A DNA stretch of 64,000 nucleotides from Chromera velia (GCA_018398765.1 JAHBMJ010000234.1:1-64000), one strand, 5' to 3'. Positions 51,697-64,000 are shown, counted from the stretch's first letter. Translations and numbers: made by a program. Notes: generated from the sequence alone by a model not told the origin.

Positions 51697-54092
51697 GATG
51701 GAAGGCTGTGTGCTCTCCGACCGTGATGCCCTTTGCGCTTAAGTTGGATATGATGCTGCTGTTTACGCAAGCACTGAAACGAACAAAAAGTAACCCACGC
51801 TCCCGAAAACCATGGAAGACCACATAACCGAAACACCACACCCCCTCCTTCTTCACTCTGGCCACCTAATAATGCCTGTGCCTTCCTTCGGCAGCAATCA
51901 GCCGATCAAAAAAAGTCTCAGACCAGCGACCCCCTCACACCTGTCCTCATGAATAAACACGATCAGCCAAAAGGCCCTGGAAGGCATTTCAGTAACCAGA
52001 ATGACGAGTGAAGACCCCCTTCTGGTTTCACCTTCATTTGTGTGTCTTTTTTCACCCTTTGTCCGTGGTTGATTACCTATCTCTCCCTCTATGCTTCCGT
52101 TGTGTGCACTGTTGTTGAGCACTTTCTCCCTCTGTGCCTTTCTTTTGTGTAAACGCACAGGTGTCTCCTCCGTGGATAATGACTAAGGTTGCTAGGTAAG
52201 GCGGATGGACTCCCCGTTTCTCATCTCCCCTTCAGGTCTTTGTCACTTCAACAACGGGATTTATTGCCTCGGACTGCCTTCTCTTTCCCTTGTGTCGAGT
52301 CCCGGAAACCTGTCCTCCCTTCAATTCCTCTGATGCCTTCTCCTCCTTTCTTGATCTCTTCTCTTCTCTTCTCTTATCTTCTGCGTTCCCTTCCTTTCTC
52401 TCTCTCTCTCTCTCTCTCTTGTGACTCCCACTCTGCATGCATCCCCCCCTTTCTGCCTCTCATGAGACGATCAAACAAAAAACCCGCATGCAAGGCGACG
52501 TGCAAGTGCAGCCACCGTTTCGTTTCTTCAATCAAACGATCTCATCCAGTCCCAACCCCTCACACCGCCACCGCAACTCCTGTCCAACGTTAAAAGCCAC
52601 CCTCTCTTTCCCGTCCTTACATCCACTGTGCTCTCTCCTGTCCTGTCCTGCCTCGGGTCTGACAACGTAACCAAATAGTTTCACACGTCAACCAACTAAC
52701 AAGGCCCTCCAACCCAACCACATCCGCGGCCAAACAACCAATCCGATTCTCCCTCTCCTCTCCTCAGTCTCTCGCACAAAATCTCTGCCGGACTCCTCGA
52801 CAGCAGACGCGCCGAATTTTCTCGACCATTTTTTTTCTCCCCAGACCATGAAGGTGATTTCGACTGGCACAAAACGTACGAGTGACTGTCTGACTGACCT
52901 ATCCCCAGTTTTGCTTTGCTATAACTGAAAGACTATCAACAAATTTGGTTTGCAGAAAAAAAAGGCTGCCTGACTGACTGACCTCGTGGTCCATGATTCC
53001 GTAAGTAGTGGTCAGCACCAGGTGGCCGAACTGACGGGAGGGGAGAAGGTCAGAGGCGTACTGCTCGATATCCTGCAGAAAGAAAGAAAAGAGATTCAGT
53101 CAGTCAAGAGGCACATGGCAAGTATTCGTGGTCTCGTGAATTTGCGTGAAGAGAAGTGGACCAACAGGCACACAGAGGGAATCTGAATACCTGCCTGTCT
53201 ATAAGTTTTCGTTTCAGTCTGTTTTTTGTCTCCAACAAACAGACGTACCCCAATACACACGTCGTAGCGGGGAGAGATCACACCGCACTTGTTGATTCTG
53301 CCAAGAAGGTCGATGACGACCTTTCCGTTACGGTGATCATCGATGATCTCGAAGTCGCCAATGTATCCTGACAGATAGACAGACAAGGCAGACAGACACG
53401 AACACATAAATGTAAAGACATCAAGGGACGGGCAGGGTCGGCTGGCATCCAGGAAGGCAGGCAGGTAGGCACACACTGAGGCTACGACTCATATAACAGA
53501 GAAAGACGGCGGGGCATAAGTGGTCAAAGGTGGATAATGAAGAGCTGGACAGCCAGGGATTGAAAAGCGTCTCTTTGGTCTTTTTTCATCTTTGTTCATC
53601 TACGCCCCCAGGCTCCTGGCTCCAAACACAAGCCCAGCACCCGTTCAAAGAGCGCAGAGAGTCGAGAGACATTCCTCTCCGCCCTTCATTTAATCGCATC
53701 AGGGTAGACAGGCCTGATGAAATCGGTAAGAGGGCGAATGAATCCTCCTCAAGAAAAAAAAAGACAGAAGGACGCCTCCAAGCAGCCCCCCTTGAGACTT
53801 TCATCAGAGACCCACCCTTCTTCTGCATGCACTGAAGGAACTTGATGATGACCTTGGAGCAAGGGCGGATCATTACCTGCACACAAGGGAGAGAGAGAGA
53901 GAGGGGGGGGGCAGACAAAGAGATGACTACCTGCTCCATTGCAAGAGAGCCGATGTCCCGCAGACAAAAACTGCCACGTGACGCCTCCCAATTCCCTTCA
54001 GCACAGAGGAATGAACAGACCTGACGGCGTCCAGCCCTCTCAGCATTGACGATTGACTTCAAGCAATCGTTCAGCACGTCCATGCGCACCAT
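51246..54092 (-). CDS. rps15A: 40S ribosomal protein S15a (uS8), 130 aa, 5 coding exons
   Basis: Exons 54021-54092, 53816-53876, 53249-53367, 52983-53072 and 51246-51296 give [14 protein letters not shown]...LLPSRQFG...[17 protein letters not shown] probable 5'UTR intron lies at 54093-54200. Confidence 0.98.
51450..51543 (-). ncRNA. Candidate intronic box C/D snoRNA
   Basis: Minus strand reads GCTTCC-g-ATGATGT...CTGA(D')...CTGA-g-GGAAGC: a 6-bp terminal stem, C box, D' and D boxes in 94 nt, sense to the host rps15A. Confidence 0.7.
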
Positions 54093-54700
54093 CTGCAGGC
54101 ACAAATAGAAACTCGGGGACCAGCATGAGCATTGTGAATCCCGTTTGAACTTCAAGCGAGCGGGCAAAAGGTTCCACGGAGGGCAGAAGAGACGACGTAC
54201 CTTGGTAAGACTGATAGGCACAAAAGGGCTTTCCTTAATTCCAAAGAAGGCAGTTCTCCTTGGATTCTCCTGACCCGAAAACGGATCGAGCCGTTTCTCG
54301 TGTGGCAGTCGTGGGCAGAAAACGATACGGCCCCGGCAAGCCGTATTTTGTCAGCTCGGGTTTTGAGGGGTACTTACACAAACCAAAATTGTCACCGTGC
54401 GAGAGCCCGGAATTACCTCAAGGATCCAAAAGGTTACGACTTTCCGGGGCCAGGCACGATGGAAGCAAATATAATGAAGACTTAATTCATATGCACGAAA
54501 GACTTTGCAACGTGACAGAACTCCATAGAATGCTCTCCCCTACATCTTACCTCTTGCATAGAAGACGCCCTCTCAAATCTTTCAACTTTTATCTCAACTG
54601 GACATCCAGCATTCTCTTGCTCCACAAACTTCAGCTCATCCCTGATAGCAATCTGCTTTTGTTTGCTGTTGCAAAGTGTTGCAAACAACGCAAAAACAAA

Positions 54701-56458
54701 ATGCCCAAGTCTATTTCAACTGTTGCCCTTGCCTCCGTTTTGTCTCTTGCGGGCGGCGCACCTCTTCTTCGTCGCGGTCTTCAACTAGGATCTGATGCTG
54801 CTGCTGATTCACTGACCGTCACACCCTTCTCTTACCCGTATCCAGTCGATGGCAACACTATGGGCCTCCAGTGCAGCACGCAAACCTCCGGGGCCGACTA
54901 TGCCCACACCATTGACGACTTCCAGACAGGGGGCAGCTCCTTCACTGGGTGCCTCTACGAGACCATAATCAGGAGAGGTGAGTCCATTCAAACTGAATCA
55001 TGTCTCATTCGCGCTTCATTGAATGAAACAGTGAGCACACATTGCCCAAGATCATCCGGCGTGAATTCTTTGTTGCCTTGTGCTGCTTCATCTGCAGAAA
55101 ACATTCCAGAGGCGATATGTGCGTGCATGGGCGTGACAACTTCTGTGTACGACATCTGCCCGGAGCTTCGAGGCGCGATGAGCTCTTTCCTGTGCAGCCA
55201 GGACGTGCCGTTCTGTGAGCGCACGAAGAACGACGTTGGAAAAGAGCCTCACGAGATTCCTTTTGGCACAGACGAGGCACAATTGGAGCTTCCCTTCGAG
55301 TCCCCCGAACTTCCTCTTCCCGAGGAAATCAAGAAATTCGTCAGTGAGAGCGAGACTACCACCGCGTCTTTGCTGTGGATCGCCAACACCAGGAACTACC
55401 AACTTGCACAGAATTTCGAGTGTGCAGATGGACGCGAGAAGAGCTACACTGACAGAGAGGTGCTGCCTGGGTGGAAGGCTGAGAGGCTGTTTACTCCTGA
55501 GTACAAGGGGGCGCCCGATTCTGAAGAAGGTCTCCCCTGGGTGTCTGTGTCCTCTCGGGGAAAGAGTCTTCTCATCGTTGTCAGAGGAACTCAGACCTTT
55601 GCAGAGTGGGTGAGTGACATGGACCTTGAGCAGGTCCCCTCCCCTCTTGGTATGCCTGGAAAGCTTGCCCGTGGATTTTCAACCGTGGCTGGAAACGTCC
55701 TTGAAGAACTTCAGAAGATGATCACAAAGGATACCGAGAGGGTGATTGTGACTGGACATTCTCTCGGAGGTTTCGCAGGCACTGTTGTTGCCTCTGGACT
55801 TCAGAGACATATTGAGTCTGCAGATCTTTCCGCAAAGTTGTTTGGTGTGCTTTTTGCCTCTGGAAGAGTGGGAGATGCTGAGTGGCAAGAGGCGATGAAC
55901 GCAAAGACAAACGTCCGATTTGTTTCTTTTCAAGTGGACCCGGTCCCTTTTCTGGTTTGTCAAGACACACCAAATTGCGATCTGCCGGGGTCTTTCGACT
56001 TTTCTCAAATGATCACTGACGGTGCCACTCCCCATTCTTCTTCTTCTTCCCCTTCTAGTGCTTCAGAGATGGACAACACAGAAAAGAAGAATGGGGAAAG
56101 GAAGCAGACTGTTGAGGCACTTTCATCGTCCAACGACAGTACCGAGTTGATCAGATTCGCAGACCGAACCGGTGTGATGACCTTCTCTGACTATTGGTTG
56201 GGCTCTTGGGGTCTTGTTTGGGGGTTGGGAGTGGAGAAGGATGAACGGTATCTCGGCGCTGCACACTCTTGTTCTTACCAGTGTCACGCCGCCTCTTCTC
56301 AGCCTGGAGGTGGTGCCAACGCGGCTTCTCTGTGTTCGAAGGAGACATGTTTTGGGGATCATGGGGAGAAAGACTCTGAGGGTGGAGCACAGTCATCGTT
56401 CTTCTCTGAGAGTTTCGTTGGAACCCTCGTGGCAGAGGCGATGAAGAAGGGAAAGTAA
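54701..56458 (+). CDS. Secreted class 3 lipase-like protein with Cys-rich N-terminal region (intronless)
   Basis: Signal peptide MPKSISTVALASVLSLAGG; motifs IVVRGT...EW..D, VIVTGHSLGG, FASGRVGD, DPVP and AHS. Confidence 0.9.
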   Translation: MPKSISTVALASVLSLAGGAPLLRRGLQLGSDAAADSLTVTPFSYPYPVDGNTMGLQCSTQTSGADYAHTIDDFQTGGSSFTGCLYETIIRRGESIQTESCLIRASLNETVSTHCPRSSGVNSLLPCAASSAENIPEAICACMGVTTSVYDICPELRGAMSSFLCSQDVPFCERTKNDVGKEPHEIPFGTDEAQLELPFESPELPLPEEIKKFVSESETTTASLLWIANTRNYQLAQNFECADGREKSYTDREVLPGWKAERLFTPEYKGAPDSEEGLPWVSVSSRGKSLLIVVRGTQTFAEWVSDMDLEQVPSPLGMPGKLARGFSTVAGNVLEELQKMITKDTERVIVTGHSLGGFAGTVVASGLQRHIESADLSAKLFGVLFASGRVGDAEWQEAMNAKTNVRFVSFQVDPVPFLVCQDTPNCDLPGSFDFSQMITDGATPHSSSSSPSSASEMDNTEKKNGERKQTVEALSSSNDSTELIRFADRTGVMTFSDYWLGSWGLVWGLGVEKDERYLGAAHSCSYQCHAASSQPGGGANAASLCSKETCFGDHGEKDSEGGAQSSFFSESFVGTLVAEAMKKGK

Positions 56459-57278
56459 ATTATAGCCCCACTGAAAGTGGAGAAATGCACTCTCTCTGTA
56501 AACACAAAATCTCCCCCAAGGACACACTTGGATCGTATTCGCACAAGGAGGGAAATCAGAGGGATGATGGAAGAGTAGTCAGTCCTACGTTGGAATCCTG
56601 CGTGAATTGTCTGTTGGACTTTGTTTGTGTTGTCTTTGCCGTTTGTTTAACAACTTGTACACAGAGACACCATCTCCTCTTTTCATCACTCCCTCTTTTT
56701 CTCCCCCCATTCCTTCCTGCCTACCTCTTTCTCACTCTCTCCCTCTCTTTCTCTCTCTCTCTCACACACACACAAACACAGAGCGAAGGTGCCTGCTTCA
56801 TCAACAAATGGAGTGGGCTTCTTCATAATTTAGATACAGGTTGCATGTGGGGTGTTTGGCTGGATGCAAGGCGCTCGATTCAAATTGTATGTGTCACAGT
56901 ACATGAAAGAAGGTGAAAGAAAATAGTGCCCCGCATGCATGCAGATCAATCGGCAAAGTGGTGTCTGCATGAGCATTGGGCAGCCAGTCACAGCGACACC
57001 AATCCTGCACTGGTCCTAGCACTGGTCTCTGTAAACCTTTCCATCTGGAAAATAAGCACTGACAGAACGTTTGGACACAGTGGAGCTCTAAGTAGAGCCA
57101 AAATTTCTGAAAACTTTGAAATATACTTATAAATCATATATGCAAACTTTATGTAGATCTAGATATAGGTTTCAATTAATTTTTTCCATTAGATATTTTT
57201 ACTTGCTAAAGCTTCTACTAAATCATTGCATAGTAAGTATTTTAGATTGTAAAATTATGTATTAATCAAACCAAAGCC

Positions 57279-57907
57279 TGTTGTGTTCCGCCTTCTAGGG
57301 TCGACACACAGGCTTAGTGTTAGGCTGCATTCCCACCTCACCGCGCCTTGCCAGGCCTGGAGCTTTCCGGGGCTACACGATGCACTTGCCCATCCGACCG
57401 CAATTATTTCGTCCCACCAATGCTCGCCCAATGAGAGTTTGATCAATCTTGCTCCTAGCTTTCATCCTTTTATTCCGTTTGATAGTCCTTGAACTCATGA
57501 AACCGGTTCACGCCTTTATATATTCCATTGCACGCTAGCCACACTCTGTATACGCTCCACTTCATGCCTTCTCGGCTCCTCATGATCATTGAAAAGAAAA
57601 GAAACGAACAGAAAATTAAGGGAAGCTGTGTTGTGTTCCACCTTCCAGGGTTGAGACACAGGCTGCATTCCCGTGTCACCGCGCTTTCAAGTTGCCAGGC
57701 CTGGAGCTTTCTGGGGCCGCACGATGCACTTGCCCGTCCGACCGCAATTATTTCATCCCACTAATGCTCGTCCAATAAGAGTTTAATCAATCTTGCTCCT
57801 AACTTTCATCCTTTTGTTCCGTTTAACAGTCTTTGGACTCGTGAAACCGGTTCACGCCTTTATGTATTTTATTGTATGCTAGCCACACTCTGTATACATT
57901 CTACTTC
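57279..57907. repeat. Diverged direct repeat pair (~280 bp; 57279-57564 and 57629-57907)
   Basis: Aligned by eye; the substitutions in the ungapped core are all transitions. Confidence 0.93.
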
Positions 57908-57971
57908 AAAGCCACTTACACTACTTATAGCACTGATGTTACTAACTATATAACTGGTATGAACAACTCTG

Positions 57972-58271
57972 CAAAGACCTAGGAATTTAAACAAGAATTT
58001 AGAGGAATTTAGACAGGAATTTAGAGGAATTTAGCTAGGAATCTAAAGGAATTTAGACCTTTAAATTCTTAAATTTTGGAGGTCAATTCCATATAGACCT
58101 ATATTAGACCTATAAGCACCGTTAATATCAAGTTCCAACTCATCATAGTTCACGAGAAATTGACCTCCAAAAATTGCTAAATTCTTCTAAATTCCTTTAG
58201 ATTCCTAGCTAAATTCCTCTAAATTCTTGTCTAAATTCCTCTAAATTCCTGTCTAAATTCCTAGGTCCTTG
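57972..58271. mobile_element. Fold-back MITE with ~85-bp TIRs built of GGAATTTAG units
   Basis: CAAAGACCTAGGAATTTA... versus ...TAAATTCCTAGGTCCTTG, plus an inner inverted pair TTTTGGAGGTCAATT/AATTGACCTCCAAAA. The TSD is unclear. Confidence 0.85.
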
Positions 58272-59943
58272 TAACAGAGAGAGAAACGTGAAACTAGGTC
58301 TTTTCTAGGGTCTTTTAAAAATAGAAAAGAAGCCGCTGAGACTAAGCCCCCTTCCTGGAAGTCCGAGTCTGCCAACTTTCTCGTCTTTCACTTTTATATT
58401 TGTTGATCTGTAGATTTTTGTCATAATTTTGTTAAAAAAGCTAGTTTGGTCAAATCACTCAGACTCACTCTGCATGCAGTGCCGAAAGATATATGGAAAG
58501 ATCGAACTGCCTAGAGTGATTACTACTGATTGTAGAAAAACACATGCAAATAATTCAAGTGTCAGAAGACAGTTCAAGAGACAGCTGTGCGATCGAAAAG
58601 GAGAAGAGAGACTTCCTAGGAGACGTACTCTGAGAGAGCCTGAGAGAAAGTCGATTCAGCAGGGCGGCATTCACATGCCGTTCCCTTAGCCCCTTCGAAT
58701 TCCTTCCTTTGATGTACCGCTATTCAAGACCGTTTAAAACCCGGATGGATACATGCAATCGCCATATTCCGACGGCTGAGCATGCATACATGAACACACT
58801 GGCATGAATGAGTGAAGGCACCATGTTCATTCCAGTGAATCGTCACGCACGCGCGCGCGTGTGACCATGAAAGCATGTAGTCGATTCGATCAGGTCTTTT
58901 GAATTTCCCAGCTCGAACTCCCGTTCCTTTTTGTTTGGCTTGACGCGATTTTACGATTCTTCTGAGAACATGAGTGAATGAGCTGTGCGACGACGGGGGC
59001 CATCTTTCTTTCCATCTCCTCCAGCAGAAGAGAACGGATCAAGAGTCGACCGGCAGTCAAGGAGACGGGATACGACTTTTCCCCTCCCAGCAGAAAGGGA
59101 AGCAAGGCAGGACGTTTGAGAGGGTCGGTGGGTGCACTGAAGCTGTACAACCCAGGCGAACTAGGATGCATCCATGAAGACAAAAGACATGACTGAGCGG
59201 AGAGAAGCAAGAATGACCCTCGATCGCTCTGAATTCGTTCTCCTTCAAAGTCAATGGGCCTCCCCCCCCGGTTCCCCCAGGGTCCTTTCTTTACCTCCCT
59301 GAAAGTGACGAAGACACAGACAAAAAACACCGAGTTCTGGACAGAAAAAGAAAAGAACCGATGCGGAAAAAGTTCAGAGCTAGTCAGAGAAACAGACAGG
59401 TAGGCACAACTTCCGTGGTCCTGCTGCTCTCTCCGAGACCAGTTGTGTGTAAGTCACATTCTTCGGAATTCCCCACTTTTGTCTTGCTCCTCTAGGTTCT
59501 CACCACGACACACAGCAGCAGGACGGCACTTTGTCTTTTCAATCCGTGCCTCGCCGTGTCTACTCAACTACATCAGCAACCGACATCGATCCGTCCATCC
59601 ATGCGTGATCCATCCACTCGCAGCAATAAAATCGACTCTCGGGGTTTTCTGGCTGACACATGTCAGAGCATACCATCAGGTCTCAAGAAATTGTGACGAC
59701 GAATGCACGAAGCATGCTTTCCTCATTGAAAAAAATACGGATCCATTTCAACCAGTGCTCGAATTCATGTCCTTCATTCATCTTAAAGAGAAGCAAACAC
59801 GCAGTTCTTCTCAGAATTGAATTTGGTGCTTCTTGTGCATGCTCGCTCGGACCTCTTTCCAATCCGCTATGCATTCTACGAACATTTCCAGCATTTTGCT
59901 ACTCCCTCATCCATTCAGGTGTCGACATATTCAGTCCTCCAAG

Positions 59944-61116
59944 TCAACTCCCCCCCATGTCTTGTGCCCCCATCTGTCTCTGAGCCCCCCTGTTCTGCGG
60001 TGACTCAGGAAAATGCATCGATCGATTGACCGCTCCGTCGTCCTCCTGCTCCTCCGGAATGGATCCGTCAAATTCATCCCCCCTCTCTTGTTCTCCTCCT
60101 TCATCCTCTACGGAGGCCCCCTCGTGGATCTCATGATTATGGTCTCCCCTTCCTTCATGATTCCCACGTGCATGCGCGTGTGTCGGGCTCTCTTCCTCTT
60201 CAGGAATCTCATCGTCAAATGGGTCGTCTTCCTCTTCCTCTCCGTCTTCGTCTCTGTCGTCTCCTTCTTGTTCCTCTTCTTCTTGTTCGTAGTCCTGTGC
60301 GCGGTCAGGAAGCATTTCTCGGTCACTCCTCACCCCCGCCTCAGCATCTCGAATGGGGTCATCATCTTGCAAGGCTTTCAAGTGTCTCTTGCTAATCAAC
60401 AGACGGCGACTCCGGGGAGCACCCCCAGAGCTCGAAAACATCGACCCTCTCTTTTGTTGTTTCGCCACATGTGCAAAGTCGAACCCGGAAGTGTGCAAGA
60501 GTTCGGTGTCACACACCTCAAGAAATCTTTCAAGAGAAATCACATCGTGTTGCGCGATCTCCAAAACAGAAATTCGCCAATCAGATGCCCCTTTCTCCCC
60601 TGCCTCAGCTTTCTGGACCTCCTTAGTCAACATCTGAAAAGAGCGAAGGAGGCGCGCAATCAAACCACTGCGCCGCGCCATTTCTCGACGCTTCATGGCA
60701 GGAAAACAATTCGCAACCCCCAACAACATCACACCCAAGCACACGACAAGGAACGCAGTGAAGACCACAATTACTGATGCTGCCAGCGTGGTTTGTCCCT
60801 TGTCTGTCTTCTCTGTCCATGCCATGACTGCTGTGAGGATGTAGAGGAAGGAGACGTTCAAGGCAAGGTCCAGGTAATTGTTCCAATCGTCGATCCAGGG
60901 CCACACACGGACGACGCCAATCGTGAAGGCAAGAAAGACCAGGGACAATGCGGCCACCTGCAAATTCAATCACAACACATCAACCAGCCACTCTTTAATT
61001 CTCTCTCCCACCTCTCCCCACCGACCTAGCCACATACGCATGAAGACACATTGTCAAGCACGCAGGCACCCAGGGATAGAGAAACATGGATAGACAGACA
61101 GATAGACAGAGAAGAA

Positions 61117-61147
<31 letters not shown>

Positions 61148-61567
61148 AAACAGAAGAACAGAAGGTATCAACAGAAGCACCAAGGAAACGTTTTATATTT
61201 TCTTGAAACTCATAGAGTACACAGCTTGATCGAAACAAAGCACAGGCATCAATCAAAGAAGAGACCCTCGAGGCCCTTACCTGGATCCTGCCGTCGTTTG
61301 GTTCCATGATTGGCACCAGGGAGATGAGAAGGTTCTTGAACAAATGGACCACGCCCCACCACCAGGACTTGGGATGGAAACGGGAGATGAGAAATTTGTA
61401 CCTCACGGCATACCCTGCAATGACAGGAAGCAGAGAGAGCGAGTCTATACCAACGCGGCCGAGTAGGCATGACGTCGTGACTGTACGAACAGACTCGCAG
61501 GGGACAGATTCCGACACAGACAAAGGCTTGGACACGCACGCACGCACGCACGCACGCACGCACACGC

Positions 61568-61634
<67 letters not shown>

Positions 61635-61778
61635 CACAAATACACACACACACACACACACACACACGCAAATATACACACACAAATACACACACACACA
61701 CACAACACACACACACACAAATACACACACACACACACACACAAATACACACACACACCTAGACACACACACACACCT

Positions 61779-61827
<49 letters not shown>

Positions 61828-64000
61828 CACACACACACACACACACAAACGTACGCACATACACACACAAACATACGCACATATACACAGACACACACAC
61901 ACATACACACTCCCAGACTACACGAATACAGAACACTGAAATAGCCGCACCGGCACTCAAGCACACATGTCAACAGATACAGGGAGGGATGCTGGGGATA
62001 CGGGGAGGCACACAGACCCCGAGCTAGACACTCAGCAAGTCTTTAAGAAAACAAAAGAAAGCATCAGCATGCGCACATGCAGCCCACCCACCCACCTACC
62101 AGGGCCAGTAGAGATCCACTCCGGGGCTTTCCAGACCACAGTGACGATGTATCCGAAGAACCCCCCGACGTACAAAAGGATTGCAAAAATGCCTGTATGG
62201 ATGCATGCATGCAAAAGGGCGACAAAGAAACCGTCCATTCCACTTTGACAAGGAACCGAGATAACACATGCCCCACCACAATGACGCCTGTCCTTGCGAG
62301 GAATGGATTCAATAAATTCTTTTCAGCCACAATCTGGATCGCCAAGCATTCATACCTCAGGATAGCAGGAACACACTGAAGTCTTTCGTTTTGCGCAACA
62401 ATCCGGCAGACCGATGAATGATGGCCGCGGGCGACCACTCCTCAGTAACGGAGGAAGACAATACACAAGCGTTCTCAGCCCTATACGGGTGTAAAACAAA
62501 CACCTGCATTTCTTGCTTGTGCCCCTCCCACCAGACCACAAACACCGACGAGACAAGGAATTATAGAGAAAGGGAAAAGAAGAAAGAGAAAGAAAAATTT
62601 ACAGAAAGAAAACAGAAACGAACACAGAGAGAAAGAAGGGCTACGGCAAAAGAGGTAAACAAGAAGAGGAAAATCCCTACAGCCTATCGATACTTCATCT
62701 CATGTACTGACCGAGTATGACCATGGAGTTGTGTTCTCCACTTCCGCACTCCACCAAAGGATATTCCTCCAGAGTTGAGGGTCCCGCTGGGTGGGTCATG
62801 CACTGGTACGGCGCCAGAATTTGAGTGCAGACGAGCACGTAGATGGTCATGTAGATGAACAGGACAGTGTTCACGCACCTGCAGGAGGGAGAAAGGGAGG
62901 GACGGCCGGGAGGACTCAAAAGAGGGAGGGCCCCTCAATGCTTCCGCTCGATCATCTCATGTAGACGCTTCATTTTACACAGGCAGAACAACAAAACGCG
63001 AATGGATACAATCTTCATGGAAGCACTCACTCTTTCATTCACTCATTCACTGACGCACGCACACACGCACTTATTGAATTCCCAGGGATGCAGCTTCTTC
63101 CAGATCCATCGGTGAATCACGTACGATGCGCCATACAGTGAAGCCATCAGCACCAGCAACATCCCCGGCAGTGCCACGATAAAGGCGTACTGGTCGAGTC
63201 CCGTTTTGCCCCCGAACATGCATTCACCCTGCAGCGTTCATTTGATCATTCGATGGGTTTTTTCATTCATTTTGTTTTTGTTGTTCGTTCAAACATGCAT
63301 CGGACAGACAGACCGACACTTACACCTACCAAGTATCAAGCGAGAGTGCGTGCGTGCACATGGGGGGGCACACCTTTGGGGCACATCTTTGACGTGTCAG
63401 TCGGGTCGAAGAAAAAACAGGACCGAAGAAAGGGAGCCGAAACACGTTCACGCACACACCGGCACAGAGACGCGGGCGCCCGTGGACACGCACGCACAAA
63501 CGAAGAAACAAAGGGAGAGNGGGGGGAGGAAGGAAAGAGGGAGGGAAGGAAGGAACGGCGTAATGACGTAATGAAGGAACGAAGGAAGGAAGGGAGGGAG
63601 GGAGGGAGGGAGGGAGGGAGGACGAAGGATAACTGCAAAAAGGACTAGGAGAGAGACCTACCTGCATTGCCCCAAAGTTCAGCAGCATGACGTCAAACAC
63701 CGACAGCAGATCTTTCACAGCTCCCGCACTGTCGAACTGTAGGTTGCTCAGCAGCGCTATTTGTTGGAAGAAAAGTGCCAACAGCGAGAAAGAGATTGTA
63801 ATTCGCACTGCCGCTGATGCGTTGGCGCTCCACTCCTCGTTTAGTCGATAGTAGGAGAAGACGAGGAAACCGGTAATGATGATAAACAGGAGGAACAGAG
63901 GGAGGGAAAAGTACCTTGCGGGGCACTGCTTGCATGTCGAGGCTGCCTTGTACCAATTCGACGGGCACTGCCAGCACATTGGCCCGAAGCGGGGCCACTT
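59944..64000 (-). CDS. Partial (5' end outside window) multi-pass membrane protein: Cys-rich CxxCP repeats then a TRP-C-terminal-like TM bundle and an acidic tail
   Basis: [14 protein letters not shown] before TM1; RYKFL..RF....[14 protein letters not shown] and WPW....NYLD motifs typical of protist multi-TM families. There may be a further short last exon at ~59251-59298. Confidence 0.78.

Noticed and set aside
51722..51780. Plus-strand TGATG...CTGA as a second snoRNA
   Set aside because: It is antisense to the host gene, has a weak C box and lacks a terminal stem.
54260..54700. N-terminal extension of the lipase ORF (likewise 35974-36165 and 20274-20558)
   Set aside because: These are non-ATG or upstream starts in promoter/UTR sequence. 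The downstream ATG is the better start, and for the lipase and TRAF genes it gives the signal peptide or domain start.
57470..57620. 'VYRVWL...FHE.KD' as a copia integrase-adjacent motif
   Set aside because: Too short and degenerate; no LTR or other pol motifs.

Overview
Intron-rich eukaryotic DNA. An alveolate/chromerid (Chromera-like) origin is inferred from microsatellite-filled introns, frequent GTCAGT splice donors, TGCATGCA motifs and paralogous RNI-like LRR genes; it is not proven. About 12 protein genes are visible: two paralogous LRR genes, an acidic 2-TM protein, an RCC1+IPT/TIG protein, a disordered protein, a MYND-finger protein, a START-domain protein, an intronless secreted protein with a clan-CD (C80/CPD-like) His-Cys pattern, a RING/TRAF-ZnF/MATH protein, rps15A, a class-3 lipase and a partial multi-TM protein. 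Ten of them sit in five head-to-head pairs separated by AT-rich, TE-derived spacers. Mobile elements are a non-autonomous hAT with a perfect 8-bp TSD, a decayed RTE-like LINE with a nested antisense insertion, and a fold-back MITE. Top observations: (1) repeats show transition-only C>T/G>A decay in all dinucleotide contexts, suggesting RIP-like genome defence; (2) the secreted CPD-like protease; (3) a C/D snoRNA and a candidate poison micro-exon in the long rps15A intron; (4) a (GTCA)n donor array that could select among three open frames. Exon boundaries and alignments were done by eye.
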